A stretch of DNA of 55,664 nt, filler included, from Platydemus manokwari (lineage: Eukaryota): NCBI GenBank assembly GCA_037951405.1. It is 5 parts of 5 records of this genome, joined end to end, with 100 filler letters (N's around TTAATTAATTAA, not from the genome) between each part and the next. Parts side by side here need not be neighbours in the genome. Positions count along the whole stretch, not along the records: positions 1 to 11,455 come from JBBMOY010666653.1; 4 more parts are not named here. One strand, written 5' to 3'. The notes beneath the pieces are model-generated. The model made no database searches. It saw only the letters and a list, made by a program, of their open reading frames with translations, and was not told the origin of the DNA. Shown in pieces: positions 1 through 11,555 of this stretch (positions within the stretch are counted from its first letter, which is position 1; each line of letters starts with the position of its first letter). The position numbers and the translations under genes were made by a program.

Positions 1-224
1 AACTTCCGATGGACATTACTTTGGATAACAGAATTGTACAAGATTTTCTTTAATAAACACTCAATTGTTCTAAAAAACTTCCGGTTTTTAAGTTATTGAC
101 CCAATATTTTTACAAAATTAAATAAATTGTATCAGATAATGGGATGATTAATTGTATGCAATAATAGGCATATATCATATAATAAATATCATATATTTAT
201 TAATGATATTATTCAATATATTAC

Positions 225-2811
225 TTTTATTCCCTGATTAATGACATTGGTGGAAAATTCGAGATTTGCTAATTTCGCCTGATATGCTTGCTCGTTAACA
301 GCATCCGAGAACATTTCAACAATCATTAAATCCATAATCGAATAGACTGGAGATCTAGTGGCCAGATTGCTGAAACCAATAACGATAAATAATAGCATTT
401 CGATTTTCAAACAACTTTATCAGATTAATAAAAACGAATCCTTTCGGAAGAAGATATGAATTATCTTGACAAAACCACCATCGAGATAAAGCACTGTCTC
501 GAAGTAGTTCAGGCCCCGTTGAAGGATCTTCATTCGGTGTTTTGATAGTAAAATCGGATGGAATATATACATTTTCAGTGGGTAGAAATAGTTCATTATT
601 GTAATCAACATTATTCCACATCTATCATTACCGAATGATAGATTGCAAAACCAAAATATAAAGTAACATACCTCACGTTGTTCTTCACTAAATTTTTCCA
701 CCACATATTTTGTCTTATACCACATCTCTTCTTCGGTGCACTTGGATTCGAACTTTTTTGCAGAACAATAAACCCTAAAATCAATTATATTAAAAATATT
801 AATGATAAATTAAGTCATTAAGCTCTATGTAAGAAAGCGAAATTTAGTCAGAGGCAATCTTAGATATTATTGTAATTTGTAATACTAAAACCAGTTTCAA
901 ATCGTCATCAAAGTGATTCTGATTGCTATATATTTAAGAGAAGTCGCGAGTAATCAAATACATCAATGATCCATCATATTGGTAGACCTTGTATGAAACT
1001 TCATACATTTTTATCACTTAGACATTGTCATTGGATCGAAATAAACAATTGAATGATTATTTCACTGAAAAAATATATAAAAACCATATGAAAATATGTT
1101 TATAATCATTTAACGATGTAACAGAATCTCATAAAACCACGCTGATTTAATAGTACAAATACAGTAACCTTAACTACCAACACAGACACCTGTGATTGAT
1201 GGACCAATCCTTCAAAATGCTCCAGAATTTTGGCATGCCAAGTTTTTGAATTTTGGTCTACCAAAGTTATCTTAATATACAATGTTTATGAAACATTTTT
1301 TATTTTGTTTTTCCCATGTTAATAATATTTGTATAAATATTTTTAAAGCATTCTGGATACTTAAGATTCAATACTTGTTTTCTTGACGATTTTCAATAAT
1401 ATTAAATGTCCCATATTAATTTCATATATATACAACTTTATTTCTGAAAAAATGTCAGATTTCTTGATAATTATCGATATTATAGAATGATCTTGAAACT
1501 AAAAATAATATAGAAAGACTAATTAGACGATAATATGTTTAATAACAATAAATAAAATATATTTTAGGTAACAATAATTATGGGAACATATAAAAACCTG
1601 AAATAAAATCTTAAATATAAATATTAATTCCATATTAAATAGGTTCTCGATAATTTTCGATAGAGATTAACAGCTGCTGTTTTTGTTTCAAAATAGGAAA
1701 TAATCGACCACATTAACTATTCAGAAAATGAATAAAATATCCATAGAACACTACACCTTTTATTTTGAGATATTTATTTGTAGAATCCAAGATAGCTTAT
1801 TTAGAGTTCATGATTATCTATGATAGCTCAATATGTTAGCCATAAAAATTCATCATTAAATTTATCCAATTACGAAATTATTAATTGCTAAAAAACACAG
1901 CTCTTAGGTTTCAAGTGCTCCAATGAAATCATTACACCGTATTATCAAATTTAAATGCTGAGAAATTTCACTGTGTTAAACAAATAATACAACAGTAAAT
2001 ATTAGATAGCGCCAGGTTAGTTGCTAACCTCACCTACAATGCTCCTATCATCCCATGATCTATATGGACTGAAATTGCCTAAACATTAAAATATTCAAAT
2101 CATTCCATACTTCATATTTGATGGCTTCAAGCAATTGATTAAGTCGGTTATGAGATCAGGCCTGAAATCAGTCAACATAAATGGACCTTGTAAAACATCC
2201 TCTTCCTCGTAAGTCTAAATTTTCAATAAACGTTCGTGATGTAAACGTTAAAATCATTTTACTCTCATATTTTGCGCTATTCGACTCACAAGCTGTTCTA
2301 AATTCGAAGACTCGCTGAATCGGAATTTGACATCTTCTAATTTCTGTTCGATATTAATAAATCAAATAATAATAATAAAATATAATGAAAATGTAAATAA
2401 TTATTATTAAAATCTCATTAATAAAATTTTTTAGTATGACTAACTCTCGCTTCATCGAAGATCCATTCAAGAGGTTCTTGCGATTTAAGGATATGAATAT
2501 ACTGATAGATGGTGGTCAAGATTTCATCAATGTGATCTAGAAATATAACAAATCATCAAATGTATCCTTAAACAGCACGTGAAATGTTATTTTAATATAT
2601 CGATCTTATCTCACAAATCAAGACCAGAATTATATTTGATGTCTAAAAATTATTTTCGAAATTATAGATGACAATTTAAAATTGTAGAATATTGATTTGG
2701 ACAAAAAATTCTTATCGAAACTTGGAAATGAAAGACATTTCTTTCTTAATATGTAAATGAGTCCAAATAACAGTCAACAAAAACTATGTGAATATTGATT
2801 AAATAATAATA

Positions 2812-2850
<39 letters not shown>

Positions 2851-5800
2851 TCTTACTTATTCCTTCTTCAAATAAATTTAAAGTCATAATCATAGCACTG
2901 ATTCCTTTGGCATAATAACGTGCAGTAGCACAAATCTCTTGTACCCATCCTTTCTTTTTCAATAATGATAAAATGCTTCCTTCGCTTTCATGTCCAATAA
3001 GATGAGAAAGATACTGTTCAGGCTAAAAATATAAATAAAATATAATCATGGTCTTAAATTTATTTAATTATCCACTTTATTATTAATTTAAATGATAACC
3101 AATATTCGATTAACTGATCCTTAAATGGCAAACCTTTCCAAAGACTTATCAAAATTTTATGAAATTAAAAATGTCCTGTTTTTAAAATGGAAAAATCGAT
3201 GTTTATTTTTATAAAACATAACATCAATGTACAAGAATTACTCAAATTATTCATTTAGTTTTCTATTAATTAACTAAATAAAAAAAATATTACCTTTGAT
3301 TTGTAAAACTTTTGATAATCTGAAATGGGCCATAAAATTAACATTTCGTAGCAATCTTGGATGGGTGTTAAATATACGATTTGCTTAATTATAATAATTG
3401 TGAACTATTCAATAATATCAATAGCTCACTTCAATATGATCTTTTGTCCAAGGATGACTATCCCAATATGGAATGGTGGTATTTTTATTGACAACATCAG
3501 AAAACAATTGAACAACCACATCTTGTAAAACATCAAGACTTTCTAGAGGAGTATCAATTAAGGAAATGATAAACAAATCAGAAATCAGAATCATAAAAAC
3601 CAAGATTCAATAAAGAAATTTATGTGACAAAAACATTTATCTTAGCTTATAGATTTTCTAAAACTAGCAATATGTTTACTGCTCTCAATTATCATTATTA
3701 AATGTATCTTTCTGAGATGATTCGAATGACATATTACACCCATTGATAATGTGTAAATATAAACACTCGATGCAGAATACAATAAAAGACAGAAAAAATA
3801 TCATAGTGAGTATAGAAATTATAATTCATATCAAATGAAATACTTTTCTCGAAATTAAGATAAAGCTGAAATCGGTTAATATTAACTAATAGAAAATCCA
3901 TTCATCATTCACTACAGATGATCAATATTTTATTTCTGATAATACTGCCAAAAAATTTGTTTAAATTATAATAAATGGCTTGATGAAAAAACAAATATAT
4001 TACATGGTTAATTTAAAAAATAATCACATATTGATTATGAGTTCTTGTTTCGATAATAGTTACAAATGAATCCAAGCTGTCTCATTGTTTGATCAAGCTT
4101 GGTTCGGTGTTTATTAAACTCAATCAATATTCATTTCCAATAACTTATGACGTAATATATTGACTCATTTCGATTGCATATAAAATGAAAACACAAATCT
4201 TTCCCCAATAGAATTCCATTCACAACATATTTGTTGATTATAATCATTTTTATCATAAGTACAAATCAATATATTGGTAGAACACGGTGATTGTGTAACC
4301 AAATAGGTCATTTTATCGATAAATATGAATTATTTATGGTAGAGATAACAATCTGATGTGTTTATTTTGTAGCGTGAACAAAGTCTAAGCATAAGTATTT
4401 TTTGCAAATACCGAACAATTTCAGCTTATCCGAAGGTGGGTTGTGTCGCAGTTCATTTAATCGTGTTTGTTCGATAAATTGCTATTAATGAGAATTTCAA
4501 TAAATTATGTAAATTCGCTTAATCGACATCGAAAGTGCAGTTTAATTACCAATAAAATATCATCGATAAAAATATAAACAGGCATTTGTTTTCTATAAAT
4601 AGAAAAATTCTAAGCTAAACTAAGTCTGCACAACACACAGAGTCGTCTACCATTGAAGCAATTTTAATAAAAATTTTTCACTGGTAGATTTTTTTCCATT
4701 TGGAACCAGCAGAATCCAAATGGGACATTTTTGAAACTGTCTCTTGAATATATATATGAGCGAACTACGGATATCAGACGCTTCAATTATCTGATTACTG
4801 GTAAACAATTTGTTGAATTATAAGGTTAGAAAACATAATGTTCATTTTAATTATAAATATCAATAAAAATAATTCTGTTTGTAAAATTTGGAAATAAATT
4901 TTGTAAATCATTTTCCACTCGCCTTTTCCGAGCACACACAAGCTCATGATATTGGACGAATAATAGCGATCGTGGAATTCCAAAAGCGCTTCTCGGACAT
5001 TAATATTATTCAATTCCGGATCGGTTTTCAATGTTTTCAAATTACCAGTTTGAAATGAATTATAAGCGTGATTCTTATCGGATAAATGATATTCTAATTG
5101 TATTTTGCGTCGGAAATCATGGCAGAGATTTTTCTCATGTTCAGCATTGACGGCTTGCATCTGAATTCAATTAAATCCAATTTTAATTGTTTTTATAAAA
5201 CCCATTCAAGCTTCATTGATTATTATGTATAATGAACACTCATGGAGAAAAATTTCATAAAGATCCAAAAATAAATCGAATAAAAGATTAAATCGAAATG
5301 TACTTATGGAAATTGATAGAATCGATATAAATATCACATAATTAATGTCCGGGAAATCAGTTTAAATAATCTTAACAAAAATGACCATAATTTAACCCTT
5401 TCGATTGGAACACTTACACAGAGTCTACCATTGCAGCAATTTTAATAAAATGCAATTATGTTAAATTTTTGTCCCTTTGGAAAAACAGTAGAATCCAAAT
5501 GAGATGTTTTCACGATGACTATCATTAAAAGCCTTTTGATTGGATGATCTAAATTTCTCAATTATCTCTCTTTAGCAATAAGCTTCAAAGTTATTTTTGT
5601 TTATCACACACACACACACCCATAAATATAGCCTTTAACAACATGTCTCATTTGAGTGACTGATCTTTCAAAGTGAAAAACGTAACTACTGTCACCGTGA
5701 GAAGCAAGCGCATCAAATAAATAACAGCAATGATAGATATGATAATAAAATAATTAAATAGAAATTATCAAACTAAACAATTATAATTATAAAGATAAAA

Positions 5801-6751
5801 ATATGATGGAAATGGGATAAATTACTAATTAAAAATTATCATGAATTCAATTAAATTAAATTTCTTTTTATATTAACTGAGACAAACAGCGTACCAAATC
5901 AAAGGCAGAAAATAATCAATTTTTATCGACATTTTTTGATGACGTCACGCATCTCTGTCAGATAGTTTTCAGGCGGTTGTTGTTGGAAATATGATTAACA
6001 TTCATGTATAATTTATCTGATAAGATTTTGTCATAAATTTTTATACCATTTCTCGATTATTATCTCCACTGAGTTCAGAATAAATCTCAAGTTCTTTATT
6101 GGTCTTTTAGATAATGTTAAATTCTCAAATCATCCGATTAAAAAAATATGGCGAACCATATATAATTGCCATTTTAAATAGGTAAACCAATAAAAATGCC
6201 ACTAATCATACAATAATAGTTTGTAATAATAAATAATCAAATCAATTTTTAATCAGAACAAAAATTACCTCGCGCTCGGTGGCTGATTCCGTAAACAATG
6301 GTGATATAAAAAATTGGGCAAAAATATCAATGGCTTCCATAAGGTTTTCTGGTTTTATGGAAAAATAATAATTTGTACGTGATTTACATGTATAAGCATT
6401 ATATATGCCATTATGTTGAGATAGATATTTAGAGTAATAATTTTCCTCTGGATACTTTGCCGATCCCATGAACACCATATGTTCACAAAAATGCGCAAGC
6501 CCCATTATATGTTTTGGATCGGAAAATGAACCTGCAGATATTATCATTGTATATGACTAAATATAAATTGAATCAAAACCAATATAAACATCCATGGAAA
6601 CTGCTGATTTATCCGTTTGTGGATCACTGATAAGTGTAACTTTCATTTCATTAGGCAAAGAAAAACATCGGTATTCTCTTTTATCACACGAAGGCTTGTT
6701 GGGGATTGTAATGTTTAGGGGATTTTTATCATCATTATTAAAGCTTTCCAT
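225..6751 (-). CDS. IDE: Insulin-degrading enzyme (insulysin, peptidase M16A), 5' part; gene runs off the window start
   Basis: Hand-spliced exons 6580-6751, 6269-6531, 4923-5160, 3430-3542, 3294-3383, 2857-3022, 2445-2536, 2263-2343, 2111-2214, 672-774, 416-621 and 225-354 join in phase (586 codons, no stops). Motifs: [35 protein letters not shown] (inverted zinc motif HXXEH), [40 protein letters not shown]. Confidence 0.96.
2812..2850. repeat. Compound (CT)n(AT)n microsatellite in an IDE intron
   Basis: Direct reading: tctctctc...tatatata. Confidence 0.9.
4636..4733 (+). repeat. Dispersed ~100-bp repeat, copy 1 (IDE intron 3)
   Basis: cacagagtc..gtctaccattgaagcaattttaataaaa...tttggaa..cagcagaatccaaatgggacattt aligns with 5417-5511. 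Confidence 0.7.
5394..5511 (+). repeat. Dispersed ~100-bp repeat, copy 2 (IDE intron 2), preceded by a TTAA-CCCTTT piggyBac-like end
   Basis: cacagagtctaccattgcagcaattttaataaaa...tttggaa..cagtagaatccaaatgagatgttt; ttaaccctttc lies just upstream. Confidence 0.6.
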
Positions 6752-7847
6752 TTTTAAAATTCTGTTAAAAAATAAAATAACTAAATAAAATTGTTCACGA
6801 ATTTTAAAACAAATAAAAAATAATTTAAGTAATTAAAAATCAGGGTAAAGTTAAAAAAGGGTCACAAAGTAAAATTTTAAATTTGCTGAGTGATTTGCAA
6901 AAATCTATATAGTTAATAAAGTTAAATTCATTAAAATCATTTTGAATTTTTTATTTAAGCACCTATGAAATTTTTTTGTATTTTGAAATCCAAAAATAAT
7001 AATAAGATAGAAGTTCAAAATCTCCTAAAAATTGATTAATAGAAAAATGGGACAAAGTAGGTCAAATTCCAATTTATTGAAAATTAGCGAGACATTTTTT
7101 AACATTGGCTGCAAAATTTTCAGAGATATTTTAGAAGAAAGTAATAAAGAAACAATTCAAGATTCATAGTAAATAGGTACTCATAATTTAACTTAAAATA
7201 CGTTCATTTAGCATATTAGAAACATGGATCCAAAATCTGTCAAAGTGGTAATATAATTAACGTTTTGTTTAAATAAATAAATTGTACAGGTGGAGATGCT
7301 ACAAATATTTTTAAAAAGTTTCGAAAATTGAGTGTTGATTTGATTCAACGATTAAGAGTTGTCCCCTTGCGATATTCTGGACTTAATTTTTTCTGATTCA
7401 CTGATACCACGCCAAAAATGTATTACCAAGTGAACGCGTTAGCAAAGTAACGATCATGAAATGGTAATCATTTTTATTATAGTAAAACTAAATGTCTAAA
7501 ATTATTTATTTGGATACAAAATTTATCGATATTGTTGGAATATCAATCAACAATTTAGATCTGAAAATTGTATCAACCAAAATATTATAATCATGTTTCA
7601 ATAACAATAGTAAATCTTTTCACAATTCACAAAGTATGTCACTCAAGATCAGCACCAGAAAGTCAAAAACAGAATGGAAAGTGTTGGATATACATTTAAT
7701 ATAATTGGAGATATACATATAATATAATTGGATGTACATATAATATAATACAGATAATATAATAATATAAAAAATTACATAATAAATTACACAATAAAAA
7801 ATTATAAAACAAATTATTTTACAAAAATTATATTACAAATTTTAAGT

Positions 7848-8559
7848 TGGGTATGAGCCAGAGGTGACTAGTTTAGTAGAGTAGTGGCTTGTTCATCGTG
7901 GCCTACAACAATAATAAATAAAATCAACAGAAAAAGCCAACACACAAAGCGTGGCCCACATAAACACAATCATGCACAAAGCAATACCTACATAAAAACA
8001 AATAACTATATAAGTAAATTCCATAAAACACAAAATGCACAAAATTTTCTCACAATTAGAAAAGTTATCGTCATATTCATACGTCAGTATTCAGCAACTC
8101 ATATTGCTGTCATTCAGAGATCATAATCCGTGAAACTTCATTATCAACTGCTTCTAGTAACGCATATTACTGAACATCGGATTCGACGATCTACGAAACT
8201 ATTTATTCATTACACTTGGAATTGTAACTTTCTATATCAATTACCACTTTTCATCAATCTCCGACAGGGGATTAGTTGAAGAACAGTAATTTATAATCTA
8301 CAAAGTCATTAGAGTTTATAGATCTTTAAAATCATTTATCATTTCCATAGTTTTTATTTGGAGTAGGGAGCACCTTGACCCTCCGCCGATTTTAATTACT
8401 TCAGGGCATAAAGCTTACCCTTTTAATCTTACTTGATAATATATTGTGTAATTACTTATTAATAAAAATATCATTTATAATTATTATTTGTTATTATTTA
8501 TTCATATTTATAATCATAACCTTAATTCCGTGAAGAGTCAGATTTTTGGTAGATACCCA
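7848..8559 (+). mobile_element. LTR-like element (probable 5' LTR of the decayed Gypsy gag downstream)
   Basis: TG...CA ends with 7-bp inverted termini TGGGTAT/ATACCCA. TATA-like motif near 8007 and AATAAA at 8461. Its 3' third is colinear with 26080-26317. No target-site duplication found. Confidence 0.55.
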
Positions 8560-8933
8560 TTAAACTGCCTTTGGCGTACTAAAATAAATTAAGATTTGAA
8601 TCATTGAGATTGTCTTATTGATTCAAATTATTATCTTCACTCGAATATTATAATATTCCATCAAAAGTAATCAAAAAGACTAACTAATAAAAATCACAAG
8701 CTAAGCACTCAAATTATCGATCAAAAAGACTGGCAGATATTCATGAAATTCAACTTCTTTCATATACAGTAACGTAGTTAAATAAAGAAACACGTTGTAT
8801 TTGTTTAAATAATTGATTGGCGAATTAGTTTAGTTTTTTAAATAAATATTATGCTAGTGATGTAACTAGCGATCACGCCATTCAGATCAATTCAATTGCA
8901 AAGAATCGCCAGAAGAAATAACTGCTAGAGAGT

Positions 8934-9560
8934 TTGCCGAAACAAACACAGGAATCTCTAAATTTCAACATTCGAAAATTTGACAGAAGAAATTCAAATG
9001 AGGCCGCAAAGTGGATACGGGACACAGAGGAGTGGCTATTTATTAATTGTTTCAGCCAGATTAGCGCATTTAATTTACTGCTTTCATACGAGGCAGGTAT
9101 CCTTTGGAAAAATTTCAAATCGGAGGATACCACAGAAGAGTCATCTAAATCGTGGTTTGAAGATACATTCACAATTAAAAAAATCTGTAAAGCATATGAT
9201 TATCGAACTTGTGAATGTTCAACAATCGGAGAGCAAACGGTTTGTCACCTTCGAGATAATGGTTCACAGATTGGTTCGTCGGTGATGAATTCCGGATTGA
9301 AACAAGATTCCATTGTGAAGGATATATCATCAGTAAGAGAACATGATCGAATGGGTTAAAAAGCGCTTTTGCACTAAAGCCGGATAAGGATATAATAGAA
9401 GTTGGGAGTGCTGCAAAGGTGTTCGAGAATCGAGAACAAAGTTCACAACGAGATTCCCAGACAGTCAATGCAAAACTTGAAGAAGCAACCGGTGGAATAA
9501 CCAGTTCAAAAAAAGTAATTATAAATCACTACATACTATCAGAAGACGGAACCCCGATCC
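8934..9560 (+). pseudogene. Frameshifted Ty3/Gypsy Gag (capsid) remnant
   Basis: Joining three frames gives IRKFDRRNSNEAAKWIRDTE...LLLSYEAGILWKNF...SWFEDTFTIKKSVKHMIIELVNVQQSESKRFVTFEIMVHRLV. This resembles the retrotransposon-gag W/F pattern and the major-homology-region-like L..Q...F..F motif. Confidence 0.65.
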
Positions 9561-11455
9561 AAAAGCTTCAGAACAGAGGTTTAGGTTGCTATAATGCTAT
9601 AAATTTGATTTAGCATAGTTTTAACTCCAACCGTACAAATCGATAAGTAATGAAAATAAAACACTTTCATAATTTACTTAAATAGTGAAATATCTACTTA
9701 ATTAATTAGAATGTTCTAAGAAATTTTCTTTAGGTTGTTTGGATATATAAGTTGAGAGATTATCCTGACTTGATAATGCTACAAGGTTAAATTTTTATAT
9801 ATTTTTTAAATTATAAATTGTATCAATTATACTGTTTTTTGCAATTTTTGAAAAATTCTTCCCATTGTCTCCCCTCAATGGAGGTCGATATGGACCACTT
9901 TAGGAATCACTGGGCTAGTCTTTCATGGTCATAAATTATCTGCCTATATTATTCTTTGGTGTGTTCATTCTAATGCCAAATATTTTATGGTCGTTATTTC
10001 TGTTTATGTTTCATTGATTATTGATTTTCTTTTGGATGCGTGATTGTGGAATGACAGTAATGATAAATTGATTTTAAAGTATAACTTGTGATTATAATTG
10101 CATTTTTGAATATTCAGTGTTAGTGGTTATCTAACTATTTGATTTCAGAATTTATTACACTAAATCATGTAAATATTTTTGTGACATTGCCTATCAAATT
10201 ATCTGTTGTTTTCAATTTAAAGTATTGAACTCCTGTTAAATAAATTTCCAATTGAGTGTTGACAGTTTCTGTAAGCATTTGCATGACTGTTTATCATCAC
10301 TGAACTCCACATAGTTTAATCAGAATTTGTCGAAAACCAAAATCAAAATATCCCTAGTTTTACATCGACGTAGAGTGCCACCTATTTCCCTCCAACGGTT
10401 TTTTTTATACTTGAGGTCACAATATTGCTTTCTTTTAACGTTAGGCATTGTGTAATTGTCATCTGATGTTGTTATAATTAACATATTTATTATATTATCT
10501 ATTGTTATTTATTTTGAATAGTAATATACAGTTAATTATCATTTAGTTATCAAATCCTTGGTGGAAACATCAATTATCGGCTTTTAGCTGTTCATAAACC
10601 ATCAACTGCCTAAATCAACTGGAATATCTTGTTGATTCAAATATACAAAAATCACTTCATTGAATTCCATCAGAATATTCAATAACTGTCACTCTAAATC
10701 AGAAAACAGTACAAAACATATCCTATATAAGTGTTATTTTTGATACTTTAATGTCATATTTATCTGATTTTTTGTTGAAAATATTTTATAAATACAATAT
10801 TTTATGAAATCTTTGTTAGCAAATAAATATTTATATAAGGAAATAATTTTTTGTTGAATGAAAAATTTTTACGTTTTTCAAATCCATATAAGATCACTAA
10901 CCCTTTTATAAAATTTTCATTGTAGGAGGATATTTTCAAAAATATCCAACTATCCGATTGAGAGATATTAGAAATATATACAATTAAATAGAAGGGTTCA
11001 TTTTGCTGCAAATAACCCAACATATAAATTTACTGTATCCTTTATTTTGTTATGTGATGAAAATGAATACTGGAATTTGTTATAAACCTCTGTTGAGAGC
11101 CTGTCCTTTAACAAATCCATCAATTCCCAATCTTTCCAAAATATGCTTATTGTCAAAACAATTCAAAAACCAATAATTAATAATCTATATCAAATAGTGT
11201 TGTGCTATTAAAACATTTGATCAATTCAATGAAACATATGATTTTATATCTTGTTATTAATATTTTGGTCTTTTTATAAATATTTCGGGATTATTAAAAT
11301 TTTACTGTTCTTTGTTTAGGGTTATTATCTTTGTTGATCCTTGGTGAGATTTGATAACATATAAATGATCACAATTATGAATGATGCGTAAATTCGATGA
11401 GAGGATAAAAAGCATTAATGAAAAGATGTAAAGTTAAATAGAGAATAATAAATAA

Positions 11456-11555
11456 NNNNNNNNNNNNNNNNNNNNNNNNNNNNNNNNNNNNNNNNNNNNT
11501 TAATTAATTAANNNNNNNNNNNNNNNNNNNNNNNNNNNNNNNNNNNNNNNNNNNN
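11456..11555. other. Artificial contig spacer
   Basis: 44 N + TTAATTAATTAA (stops in all six frames) + 44 N = 100 bp. Confidence 0.97.

Noticed and set aside
10260-11150. Minus-strand exon-like fragments at the end of contig 1
   Set aside because: No stop-free splice model and no recognisable motif.
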